Source of the DNA: the human T2T-CHM13v2.0 reference genome, Homo sapiens
NCBI RefSeq assembly: GCF_009914755.1
Contig: NC_060933.1
DNA: 64,000 nucleotides
Strand: one strand, 5' to 3'
The first letter of the stretch is position 1. Each line of letters opens with the position of its first letter. The position numbers and the translations under genes are program-made. Shown in pieces: positions 13,186 to 25,845 of this stretch. The notes under the pieces are model-generated. The model saw nothing but the letters and a program-made list of their open reading frames with translations. It made no database searches and had not been told where the DNA came from.

Positions 13186-13428
13186 CAGGTAGAGGCGACC
13201 CCAGGGGCTTCAGCAGCAAAGGCTCACGGCAGCAGGTGGCCGGGCAAGTGTGCTATTGCAGATGCGGCTCAGCGCCCCAGGACCAGGGCCAGCAGCACAG
13301 CCTGGAGCTCGTGAACAGCGCGGTCCCTGAGAATCCACATTTCCCAGTTCTCCAGGTGAGGAGGGGTCGCTCTCACCACCGCAATGTCAAAGCCCACTTG
13401 ATACTTCTTCAGGGCCTCAGAAGAAATG
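13186..13428 (-). other. SEMA4D: SEMA4D 5'UTR part (243 nt) of the first coding exon
   Basis: Strong acceptor cctgccttttctttctcatgtccttccAG| ending at 13429; contiguous with the ATG at 13185. Confidence 0.85.
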
Positions 13429-13887
13429 CTGGAAGGACATGAGAAAGAAAAGGCAGGACCCATGGTGAGTGATGACCTGCTTCTCACTGCTCTGTAGCCC
13501 CTCTGCTTGCCCTGGATCCTCACCCGGGTCCATCTGCTGAGGAATACGGAAGGCAGCGGGGGACAAAGAGAGTCTTAGAAGTGGACAGCCCAACGGACAC
13601 AGGAAAGCGAAGCCAGGGTCTTCAGGAGTCAGTGCTTCCCGCTCCTCCAGCTACCAGCCCAGAACACAGGACAGACACGTGGAGGGGACCTGGTGTGGGG
13701 CACCCGGCAGACACACATGGCCGGCTGGCTGCCCAGCTTCCTTCCTGTGTGGCTGCTGTGTCCAGCTGGTAATGAGATGAAAATGAAGGAAGAGAACTCG
13801 GGTTTCAGTTTCCCTTAGAGACTCTGCCTTTGTAACGCTCAGCGAGGAAACGGCCAGAAAAACCAGAGGCTGCAGAGAGAGCTAAGA

Positions 13888-13985
13888 TGTACATGTGAGT
13901 GCACACACATGCACACACACAACATATGCGCACACATATGTACACACACACATGCACGGATGTACACCTGTAGAAACACACGCAC
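13888..13985. repeat. CA-rich simple repeat (similar tracts at ~2755-2830, ~24238-24365 and ~29507-29553)
   Basis: CACACATGCACACACAC-type sequence. Confidence 0.8.
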
Positions 13986-14864
13986 GTGAGGCCTCACCAC
14001 GCAGGAGTGTCTGACCTCCTGCCCCAAATGGGACCCTGCTAGCTCTTCCAGTCTCACTTAAAGAAGTCTATGCACCATAGAAATGGTGGTAACTCACTCT
14101 GATTTGCCCAGTAAGAAACAGCCCTTAGTAAAAGAACAGGCTTAATGCTGCTTAGTGAAATTGTGGGGCTGGTGGTGGGAGAGGCATGCACAGGCCTCCT
14201 GGCCCCATCTCTCATGTCCCCAACATTCTCTGATGACTGCATGGCTACTGTCCTGGTGTACCTTTGCTGGGCCCCACAGCGTAACCCGCCACAGGACTGG
14301 CCCAAGGGCGTCTAGCACCTTGATCTGGGGCCAGCTGCACCCCTGGGTTCACTCTATGAGAATGTCCTGAGCTGGGCACCCAGTGATTGGGCACTTTCAC
14401 ATTACACTTCTGTAAACAGTTCACTCAAAACAGCAACCTGGGATCCCTGAGTCCCTTGCTCCCCCTTCTATCCAGGAGTCCTGTGAGGGTCATGGAACAA
14501 CCACACCCCTGAGCTCCAGACTCTAGAACCCCACTCCTCCCTACCACCTCCACATGCCGCCTTCCACACCCAGCCAGACACAGCCGAAACAGAACCTCAC
14601 TCTGCTTCCAGCCAATTCCTACAGTCCATGTCCCCACCTAAAAAAAAGCACCAGCAGTCAGGGGCCGACCCCATCTACCTCTAACCCCACCCCCACCCCC
14701 AATCCATAGATGGTGCTGCTGCTCAGCCTCAAACACATCTGGGGCTTGTCTCCTCCTGTCCATCTCCACCACCATCACTCATCTGAGCAATGCTCACCTC
14801 TCATCCTGGCCTCTTGCTTCCATGGTAGAGATCACTGGCTTCCTGCCCCAGCATCCATGTTCCT

Positions 14865-15200
14865 GCACCCTCGCTAACAAAATTCCGAGGTTACTTGGGT
14901 TGGCAGTGTGCCCAGCTCACTATATCTCCCAGCTTCTCTGGTGAGAGTTCTGGCCAAAAAAACTGTATGTGGAATTTATTAGATGGCAATTCCAGGAAAG
15001 CTCTTTAAAGGAGGCTGATTCAGCTAGCAATTCCCTCAGTCCTTCTCTTCCTGCTGCTGCCTGGAACTAGAATGTGATGGCTGGAGCTCTGGCAGCCATG
15101 CTGTCAACATGAAGATAAAAGTCTCATTCTAAGAATGGCCAAGTGAAACCCACAAGAGCCTATGAGACCCTAGGCTATGAGTCTATGCAGACTTGCTAAT
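14865..15200 (+). mobile_element. ERVL LTR fragment (LTR33-like)
   Basis: TGCCTGGAAC...GTGATGGCTGGAGCTC..GCAGCCAT motif recalled from LTR33. Confidence 0.55.
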
Positions 15201-16774
15201 AAAATTATTAAAATCTTTAAATTACTTGCTTGCAGATTTTTGTTACCAACAAATACCATTCCAAACTGACACAACCTCCCTCCAGTCCACTGCCACAAAG
15301 TAGCAGTGGCCAAAGTCATGCTCTTATCATAAATCCAGATCATATCCTTTCCCCATGTGAAATGTTTCAACACCTTCTCATCACTCAGAATAAGGCCCAC
15401 ATTTTCATCATGGCCAGCAAGGCCATGGACAACCCTACTCTACCTCCATCCAACTGCTCCTCATCCACACTCCCTCCACTGCACTGTCCTGGCTACACCT
15501 GAACACACAGGGCTCGGCCCCTCTGCATGGCTGTGTAACGGCTGTCTCTCCTGCCTGTCAACACCACTTAGAACATTTCCAGATGTGTCTGTTCTGAAGT
15601 TGCCGGTCTAAATCCCACTGCACAGTCTCATTCATCTGAGAGGCTTTTCCTCTGTATAACTGATTGGTAATTAGGAGTGGCTCCCAAAAGCTGCTCCACT
15701 TTGAGCTCCCAAACCAGTAATGGTTTCTACATAGGCTCCCAATGAAGAAGACTCAATAAATTATAGGTTCAGATCTTCTGAATTCCAGGCACATTTGCAG
15801 CTCCTTGCCATAATGGTGTCACTTTTTGTTTGCAAAACAGAAGTTGACCTACTTGGCCTACAAAGTTGTGAGAATTATCTGCTAAATCATATTACTATAT
15901 AACTAATCAATTAGCATCTGATAATAATAATGTTTATTGCTCTGACAAATACGAATGGAGCTCCTGCTAAGCCTGGAACAAACAAGTCCTGGCCCCACAG
16001 AACCCACGCCCTGGAGTGGGGCTGCGTGGAAGCAACCAGCCCAGGGCCTGGCACCCACAAACATCCCATGCCCCTCCAGGGTCCTGCTGCCCTTGCTCTT
16101 CTCAGTCCTCATTGCATGCAATGACAGACATAAGAAAGGATGGTAACAGTGGTGACAAGCTATCCACAGTCCCTCAAGAGAAAAGCTCCCATTAAAAACC
16201 AGCTACCCCTCCTTTTGGAGCAATGATCCCCTGGCATTTTAAGGATGCGTCCTTTCTCCCGTTCCATGTGACAAACATCATACAGCCAGTGAGAGCCAGA
16301 AGTGACAACGTGGCCAGGCTGCCCCATCCCTTAAAGCAGAAGAGGACTGCACACTCGCATTGTGAGAGACTTCACACTGGCTCCCGCGCCACTAGAGGAG
16401 GAGGAGGAGGCAGGCCTGCGGCAGGCAGGGCCTTGGAGAGGGTTCTTGTCATGCATGCAGCAAGGACACCAGTGGCCTGGTCCATGTGCTGCAGTCCCAG
16501 CCCAGTGAAACCCAATGAACTGACATTGGCTCCTCCAAGCCACACCCAGACCCAGGTCCCAGCCAGTGCCAAGCTGTGCACAGCAAGGATAAAGCAGAAA
16601 CAACCTCTCTCGTGGCATGTCCCCCAGCTGGGCAAAGGTCCATACACACAAAAGAAACAGCAATGAGCTGCCATGGGATGGGAGAAGGCGCTCTGAAGAC
16701 GGATGCGGAGCCTGCAGAGGTAAGGCGTGCCAACCACACAGGAAGCCAGCCGTGGAGACAGCCCAGGGGCAGGC

Positions 16775-17316
16775 GAGTGGGTATACAAACCGCTACATCC
16801 AGACAGGGGAACGTTACTCAGCATTAAAAATAAATAAGCCATTAGGCCATGAAAAGACACAGAGGAACTTTAAAAGCTTATCATTAAAGAGAAAGAAGCC
16901 AATCTGTAGAAGTACATACTGCATGATCCCAACTATAGGACATTCTGGGAAAGGCAAAACCATGAAGACAGTAAAAAGATCAGTGGTTCCCAGGGGCTGG
17001 GGAGAGAGAGGGTTTTTAGGGCAGGGAAACTAGGCTGGCAGGGATACTACCACGGTGGACACATGTCAGTATGCATTTGTCCGAGCCTACAGAATGTACA
17101 ACACCAACTGGCAATCCTAATGTCCAGATACAGATGTCGGGTGATAAGGTACCTATGTGGGTTCACCGACTGTAGCAAAGGCACCACTCTGTGGGGGGAT
17201 TCTGAAAATGAGGGGGCTGTGCATGTGTGGGGAAGGAGCATATGGGAAATCTCTGTACCACCTTCTCAATTTTTCTATGAACCTAAAGTTGATCTAAAAA
17301 ATAAAGTCTATTAAAA
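16775..17316 (+). mobile_element. Old L1 3' end (L1MC/L1MB-like)
   Basis: GAAAGAAGCCAATCTG, ATACTGCATGATCCCAACTAT, GGAAAGGCAAAAC, ending AAAAATAAAGTCTATTAAAA. Confidence 0.8.
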
Positions 17317-20300
17317 TCAGTAACAACAAGGAACAGGCCTAGGAGTTCCTTGCCAGTCACAAAAGCAGCCTCTGTGAGGGTTCATGGCCTGGACACGTTA
17401 AGGAAGTAAGTGCCCACACCGGAGGGCTAGGAGCAGAGACGCAAGACCCACAAGGCCCAGTTCATTTCGGGTCAAATACCAAAGATGCTGGATCACTGTT
17501 GGAGAGATATGGTTTACATGGGATCTAATTCCTATCTAGATCCCCCAACTGCAATCAGTCCTCTGCGTATCCCAATAAGCATGCTGGGGTCAGGCCAGGC
17601 TAAGAGTCCAGAGCCAGGAGATGGGAGAACACAGAGATTTATTTCAACTCTCTCTGGAAACCCAATGAAATGACTCTAAAAGGATATGAACTTTAAGGAT
17701 AAAAATGGAGGAGGGAGGTGACTTTGGAATCTATTAATAGGTGAGCAGTAACCAACGGTGTGCTGGCAAGCTGTAACAACTGGCTCTCCACGGGGTGGGC
17801 AGTGGGGGTGGGCGGTGGGGTAAGGTGGGGGGTGCCCAGCTTGCAGCACACGCTGATTTCTGTGGTGTAAATGCTGCTTTCGAGCTCCCAGAATGATGCC
17901 GCTGAACTGGGGAGAGGTGCACAGCAGCACCCAGCACATGGCACTGCCATCTCAGATACAAGAGGCGAGTAACTGCAACCACACAGATAACAGTAGAATG
18001 CACACGATACTAGAAAGGAATGAGTTCTGAGTATTTTACCTTTTTAAATATAATTTGTTTCATTTTAAGTCCACATATTTAATTTTTAACAGTGGCTGTG
18101 TTTACCACCAACCCTGTCACACACCACCAGAGCTGACTGATTTGAATTTCAGACCAGAGTTGAGCCAGGGCCTGGAAGAAGTCACAAAGAAACACAACCT
18201 GGAAAATGGAAGCAAGCTTAAAAGTAAAATGTGGTGAAAGAAATGAAAGGCTGGAAAGTAAACTAAAGAGGTTTCCTAGAAGTTACACACGTAGCAGAGA
18301 TGAAAAAAGGGGGAACAGACAACTGGACGATCCATTCAGGAGTCCCACATGAACTGGCAGGAGCTCCGGGAAAAAAAATGAGGAATTATTAAAGCAGTAA
18401 TAAAAAGAAAATAACTAGAACAGAAGGACCTGAGCTTTCGGAATAACAGCGCCCAGGAGCACAGTGAATGAAAGGAACCCGCCCACACCAGACACATCAT
18501 CCTGAAAGGAGGGTTACATGAGGCTTCCAGAAAGAAACAGGCCACAAAGAAATTACCTCTGAGTGCCCCACTGGAGGCAGCAAAGCAACGCCTTTGAATC
18601 CCAGGGAAGATGACTTCATACCTAGAATTCCCCATCTAGTCAAATTATCAATCAGTATGAGTGCAGTACAGAACACTGCTTCAAACCTACAAGTTCTCAA
18701 ATGTTTTACCTCCCTCAGCTTCTTTCTCAGAAAGCTACTGCAGGATTTGCTCCACCAAAACAAGGGAGCTGCTTCCCAGGTCTTCTTTCTTAGGAAGCGA
18801 GTGGAGGAGAGGCAGAGAGAGCGGGGAGCTGGGGAGCAGGCAGAGGCTCCAATGGGGCGGGGCAGGAGAAGGCACAGTGGATTACTGATTGCATCTGTGG
18901 CTTTGTTCTCAGAAATGCATTTTAAGGCTCTGGCAAAGAGTCTGAAGATGAATTAGAACAGATACACAGATTAGAAAATGAAGTTATTAACCCCAGGGAA
19001 GCAAGAGTGACCCATGAATGGAAATGTAACCAGAGTGTACTTATCACTGCCCAGTTGCATAGCCCCCATTACAAAAATTACAACTAACTCCACTGGAGGT
19101 CTGGGGGAAGAAAGAGAGGGAAAGGGAGGGGACAAGAGTCAGAGAACACAATCCTGTCTTCCATCATAACACAACATCTAAGATGGGAAAGTCAGGAAAT
19201 GTAGGCATATCTAATTTGAAGGAAAATACCAAAATAGTGAAAATAGTTGAAACTCAGTGTCTCAGGGCAGCAGGGAAGGGACAAAGGGACAAGACAAGCA
19301 AGTGCTGCTTCCTCTCTCAAGTTAAAGAAGAACTACTTCACTTTAAAATTACCTGCATTAATTACTCTCATAAAATGAATTAACCTTAAAAAGACATCCA
19401 TGTTCTGGTTCCTCACAGCCTGGGGAAAGCAGCCCAGTGGATCCAGAAGCAGAAGACACGACCCCCTGAAGGGAGGCTCCCAAGGACGGGAAGAGTGAGC
19501 TGACTCTGTGCAGAGCCTGGGTCCCTAGGGCAGCCAGATCTGGGGGCTCAAACACGCTGTAAAAATAGGATTGTTCACCGCAAAGCCGAAGTGCTGGGCA
19601 GTGGCACAGGATTTAATGCAGAATGCCAGCACCTAATGTGGCCAGCCTCTTCCACTCCACTCCTGCCCCCTCCCTCCGATGCACCCCACCCGTCTCAGGC
19701 TGCCTTGCAGCCTTGGCACTTGCTGCTCCCTCTTCCAGACTGTTCTACCCCCAGGAGCTGCTGGTGGCTGGCTCCATCCCACAGTCACCCTTTGCCTCCC
19801 CTGACCCCCACACTCCATCCCCCTCTGTGGTATTGTTTTCATAGCACTTGGCCTAAGGACCTAAAAACGCCTCCCTGACTTAGTTGAGGTAGAACAGGAG
19901 AAACACAAACATCCCAGTGAGAAGACTAGGGCCAGACCCGGAGAGGACAAAGGTAAGGAGCCAAGAGTAGAAAGTTCCACAAAACAAAATCGCCAGTGAA
20001 GAGAGATTGAAAACAAATCTTGTAATAGTATCCACGACCAAACCCAGGGATGGCAAAGCCATCCCCAAACGAATGTGGCTGAGAGAAGGTATTTCCAGGA
20101 GTGTCAGCAGGTGCCCAGGTGGAAGCCAGCAGGTTCTCCTGTGTGGCTTTAAATGGTTACGAAGGACTGTCAGGACTGGTGCTGTTTATGCGGTTACTCA
20201 AACTGGTTATGTTGAAAAGAAACCTTTTTCTTAATTGCTTTTACCTTGGACCAATCCAGATACTGCCATGTAGAGCTCAGCAGGGCACGGGCACCCCCAC

Positions 20301-21129
20301 CTGGCTTCCAGGCCCTGCCCTGAGAACAATGATTGACCACCAGGCTTCCTGGCACGGATTTATATCCAGGTCTGCAGTGTATTGATCTCATCAGCAGACA
20401 CCAGATTCTCGATGGCATAAATCAGGCCCTGCTGCTCTTCTCAAATGGCCTTTAAAACAGTCCACATGAGTAGCCAAAGGTCAGGACAGACCCCATGCCA
20501 CATACTGCTCCTCCCAGGGAGGGGGAGGGGGCTGCACATTTTCTTTGTGACACTGGAGGGTTTTTTTTTCCTTTTTCAACAAGAATGCATTGTTTCATAT
20601 AATTTTAAAGTTGCTTTAAGCAAAGCACACACCACAACTCACACAGATCTGCCGGCCCTGCGAGTTCTTTCAGAACAGTGGCTCCATAATCATTGATGGG
20701 TGTTACATTAAGGACCTCACTCTAAATAGTTAAATTAAAACAAAAGGAGAAAAAGGCCATTTTGCTGGCTTTCTTCGCCATTTCTGAGAAGCAAAGGTAT
20801 CCCGCTGGGAGCTGAGCTGTATGCATGTGCATTTTGCCCTGACAGTGTGAAATTGCTGCCCTTTGCATTCAGAAAGAATGACTTGACACAGGAGCCCATT
20901 AGAAAGACAGGGTTGTGAAATGTCACTCTCATTACTTACACGTAATTGGGGCTGTTCATGAGGGTGCACGAGCCCACTTTAAATGTCAGCAGAATGGAAC
21001 TCCAAGGGGGCTCTGAGCCCCACACTCTTTTGCCTGTCAGTACTTGTCAGAAGGCAGCTCTCCCACCCCCAGGGGTCTTCAAATCAAGGCAGGAGATCAC
21101 AGCAGAGAAAATGGGAGTACCCAGCAACC

Positions 21130-21660
21130 ACTGTGCATACATGTCTGCGTGTATGTATATATATATGTGGACACATGTACATCTGTGTGTATGCATCTGT
21201 GTATGTGCACGCATGTGCATCTGTATTTCTGTATGTGTGCACATGAACCCGCATAGATATGTGCACCTATCCATGTTTGTACATTTGTACACATCTGTAC
21301 AGGTGTGTTGTGTACATGTGTATGTCTGCATGTCTGCACATGCATGTGTATGTCTGTGTGCATACATATGTACACCTGTGTGAGTGCATGTGCATCTGCT
21401 TGGATCTCTGCATGTGTATACATATGTGTATGCATGGGCATCTGTGTATGTGTGTGTATAATGTATGTGTGCACCTGTGCATGTCTGCCTGTGTACATAT
21501 ATCCATACATATGTATCTGTGTATGCATATACATGTATGTGTGCACAGCTATATGTGCACATACGTGCATGCATCTGTGTGCGCATCTGTGTATGTGTAC
21601 GCAGACATGTATGTGCGCATCTGTGTGTGCATGTGTGTATATGTGCATCTGTGCATGTGT
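21130..21660. repeat. Long degenerate alternating purine-pyrimidine (TG/TA/CA) simple repeat
   Basis: TGTGTATGCATCTGTGTATGTGCAC-type array; explains the C/V/M- and H/T-rich ORFs here. Confidence 0.9.
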
Positions 21661-23162
21661 CACTCTGTTGCAGAACATACATTCTGATCTAGTGTTGCAT
21701 CTTAGATGTGAATAGTGACTGCTGGCAAGTGTCCTGTAAGGCAGGAACCATGAACCAAAATGCCATCTGGGGACTGTCCAGTCACCCGTGTCTCGGCTCC
21801 TTCCTGGGATCAGCTGTCTGGCAGCTAGGGTAGATTACAGAGGGGACACCAGTCACTACCACATGGAAGGTGTCAGTGCTTCTGCCAGCAACAGGATGCA
21901 ACACTGGCATTAAAATGCCCTGGCTGGCATCCCAGGGAAACTGAAAGGGGATCTCTGGTGACAGCTGTGGACTGGCCAATCTAACATAGGCAGTCATTAC
22001 CTGGACCCCTGACCTCACTGCATGCAAACTACTGCCTGGGGGAGCGTGTTCTGGCTTATTTCTTATCTCAGGGGTTTGCCCAGATGGGGCAGGTAAAGCT
22101 TAGAGTCTCTCCAGGCCCTACAACCAGGACAGTGGAGGACACGCACTCACCACATCTTCCCTCCCAGCTGGAAGCAGGCAGCCAGGTGCTGGGAAACAGA
22201 AGACACCGCAGCCCTCACCAACCATGCCCTGCCAGTACCTGGCCACCTAGTATCCCCACCCTGGGATGTCCTCTGCCCCCAGAAACCCCTCTCCCACCTC
22301 CAGTTAGGATGCTGATGTCACTGCCTTGCAAACTGAGGATAAAATGGCCTTATCCCATCAGGAATCAGGAATGGGTTTCAGGAGCTGTCTAGGTCACAAG
22401 CATAATAAACAGTTTATTGTTCCAACTTCAGTTTTCCTAGAATTAAAATGGATCCCTGGAGACCAACACTCCAGCTCTGCAGGGACATGCCTAGCCCTGG
22501 ACCTGTGTTGGGCCGGACTCACCCAGCAGGGCAGCTGCCAGGACCAGTCTACTTCACCCTCAAGCCACATCCCTGCAGGGGCAAGCGAGCCACAGCCAGG
22601 ATATCTCAGAGACATGCTCTAACCCTCACCCACTTCCCAAACCCCTGGGTGCAGCATGTACAGAATGGGAAACCCAGGGAGAGAGACAGAGGGCGGTGGG
22701 AGTGAAGAACACAGGCATCCATCTATCAGCAATGTCGGCAGGACAAGCGCTATGAGGATGCACGCAGAGTGGCGGCACGAACAGGGCCCTTCAGAGGAAG
22801 AGTGGGGACCCCTCTAAGCAGCAGCCAGCATGGTAGAGATGCAGACTGTCATGCCATTTGTGTGACATCACTCTACTCTTCAGACTTGGATACAGACAAT
22901 ACTGTCTTTTCTGGAGGGTGTGTGGTGTGTGCATGCATCCTTGGGCCCAAGCAGGTTAGTGCTAGCAAAAATAATCATCTTCCACTGGCCTAATGTTGAC
23001 CCGCTGCCACCTCTAAGGGGGCCAACGGTCTCCCTACTGGACACTGGCTCCCAGGCACAGTGTGGGGTTGTTCTGGGAAGTGGCTGGCCAGCCCCTCAGG
23101 GAGGACTGTGTTAACCCTGCGGCCCTAAAGGGATGCCTGGTGTCATGTCTTTCAAAGGTGAT

Positions 23163-23506
23163 ACTATGGTCTGAATGTCTGGATTACCCCCAAATTCAGA
23201 TGTTGAAATCCTAACCACCAATGTGATGGTTTCTGGAGAGGGAGCCTTTGGGAGGTGACTGGGTCAGGAGGGCAGAGTCTTCATGGAAGTAGTGCCCCTA
23301 TAAAAGGAGTCCCAGAGAGCTCCCTCACCCCTCAACCATGTGAGAAGACGCTGTCTATGAACCAGGAGGAGGGCCTTCACCAGACACCAAATCTGCCAGC
23401 GCCTTGATCTTCGACTTCCCAGCCTCCGGAATGGATAAATAAATGTCTGTTTTTATGTCACCCAGTCTATGACATTTTGTTTGAGCAGCCTGAGCTGACT
23501 GAGACA
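23163..23506 (+). mobile_element. MaLR solo LTR (MLT1A-like)
   Basis: CTATGGTCTGAATGT...CCCCAAATTCA.ATGTTGAAATCCTAA...GACTTCCCAGCCTCC...CTGAGCTGACTGAGACA. Confidence 0.85.
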
Positions 23507-25782
23507 GTGGCAATTCAGGGGCTGCTGGCACCCAGCAGAGCTCAGCACCGGACAGAACCCAGCCGGCAGAGATGCTTCCAGAATGCCAAAGGTCGGTCAC
23601 CATTTACACTGGTAGCGCCTTTGATATGACACTAAAACTGGTGCTTCGGTCCCCCAGAGCTTGGCTTGCAGGGAGGGCAAAATTACATAAAAGACATTAT
23701 ATAGAAAAGTTTTGCTTTAAGTGGACTTTATTTGTATTCTTAATTTTCCACCTCTTATAAAACTGTCCTACCTTCAAAAATAATTCCAAGGGTGCTTAAC
23801 TCCACAAACCAAATGTAAATTAAAATAAAATACCCATTATTGTCCACAAAGCAAGCTGAAATTTAAAAGTCTGCTGCTAGTTAGTGCTGGGAAGGTGTGG
23901 GGTAAAGGACTTCTGGGTACAATTCTGAACTATCCAGATGTCTGCACACTCTGATCCCCTGGCAACTCTTGGGCAGCAAACTATGTGTGCACAGCTACAG
24001 GCGTGCAAAGCGACACGTGGGAAGACCACCCTGCCATGACGTGACAGTAAAATGTGCAACCAAAGGGGATGCTCCTCAATGAGGGGCTGGTTAACAGTCA
24101 GGCAAGGAAGACAACACCATTACAAAGACTAAAGCTGGTCTACACGAACTGCCTGTGAGCCCATCACACCGAAGACATGTGTAGAGCAACAACACGCGAG
24201 GCGCGACCCACCTGTGTCAACAGAGGATGCGTCAGTCTACACACAACACATACACACACAGCCACGGACACACAGGGACATGCACAAACACCAGGCACAG
24301 ACTCACAAGAACATACACTCCTACACACAGGAACACACAGATACCAGACACAAATGCACACACATGAACGTGGACAGACAGCCAACTGTTAACAGTGGTC
24401 GCTTATAAGGAGGAGGAGGAGGAGAACAACCAGGAACTCAAGTTTTGTTTTTTAAAAAATGAATCATACTTTTATATTGCTTCTGTAAAAAAATTTAATT
24501 CATGAAGAGATTATGTTTCACCCATGCTACACCCAAGTCAGTAGACCAAAAATTGAAACCCACCACATTAGTGTATGGAGCTGTGCATAATGCGATTTTT
24601 CACATGCTAATCCATTTCTTGGTTTAGGTGACTATTTCTTGCCATACCTTTGACCTTTTTTTTATTTACATAAAAAAATGAGAAGTGGCTTCCTTTCCCC
24701 ATATATACTTCGTGCTTTTTGTGACAGCAAAGTAAAAAATAACAGAAGGAGCCAGTCCTCCTGGGCTCTCACAATGGAATTCTCTTACTGCTTAATACAG
24801 CACAGAATGGATAAAATTGTCCCTGCTTTCAATTACCTTATAACTAAAGATTCCAAAATATTTTTTATGAAGAGACTGACAAAAAACAAAACTCAAAGAC
24901 AAATGACTTAAGGGAGGAAAAAGAAACTAGCAAAAAATACTTGTAAGACAAGTGCCAATTCCTAATAAATAAAGTGATTTAACAAATGTAAGAAAACAGA
25001 GCTCCCACCCCAATGGACCAGATAATATATCTAGCCAATAAGCACAGAAAGTGCTGTCTCCCTGGCAGTGATGCTGTGCTAATTAAAGCCGCCCTATCTA
25101 ATTGGCAAGATGTGCTCTCATCACGGTCCCATGCATAGGAACCATGAAGGTCTAAGCTGGCAGCAGGACTCTTTAAAAGCCAGCAGAATAAAAAACCTTG
25201 TGGGGGCTCATTCATGATACTTGAGTAATATGAAAATGATGAAGGAAAGATGGGGTTTGACTTTTGTTTTCACAAATTAAGCTGGTTATTTCCTTCTCCT
25301 CTGAAACTGAAAATGCATGGCTTGGAACGGACCAAAATTAAGATTAAACACAAAATGGCCCAAATCTGAGGAGGGTGACCTGGAGAGCCCTCTTATTACA
25401 CCACACCTTACCAGCCACCTTCCTGCACCCTCCAAAAGAAGAGAGTAAGCTTTCTGGTGCAGGCACCAGGGGCCATCAGCCGCGGAGCTGCCACAATCCC
25501 AAGACCCAGTGGGAGGAGAGGCCGAGAGAGCAGGGAAGAATAGGGGGAGCTGGGACAAGCAGTGGCAGAGCAAGAACAGAGACAGACAATCACTGTGGGT
25601 GCCCAGCACCCACCTCCCCATGCCGGGCCCAAGGGATGGCAGCCAAGTCTGAAGCTTTGCCCCACAGGATATCAGGGACCAAGGGACCAAGCAACCAACC
25701 ACCTGCCAGATCCAACTGAGGCCTCTACACATTATCAACTCTGCTCAACTGAAATTACAGATCATGAATAAAGTGGTTTTAC

Positions 25783-25845
25783 CTGTATCTTATGCCTCTT
25801 GAAACTTTCCAGTCATTTCTAGAAAGACGTCTTCAGAAATCTTTG
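25783..25845 (-). other. SEMA4D: Candidate alternative SEMA4D 5'UTR cassette exon (63 nt; an alternative upstream acceptor would start it at 25916)
   Basis: Acceptor ttgtttcccattattttcacAG (25847-25846); donor CAG|GTAAAA (25782); second acceptor ttttcagtgcctttctAG at 25918-25917. Confidence 0.55.

Noticed and set aside
12269-13192. 307-aa and 262-aa + strand ORFs (mucin-like PSPATRLSIPGSGVPI repeats) antisense to SEMA4D
   Set aside because: Open only because the 48-bp (16-codon) VNTR unit lacks stops in those frames; no promoter, splice or homology support
20946-21715. Cluster of 60-211-aa ORFs rich in C/V/M/H/T
   Set aside because: Translations of a TG/CA simple repeat
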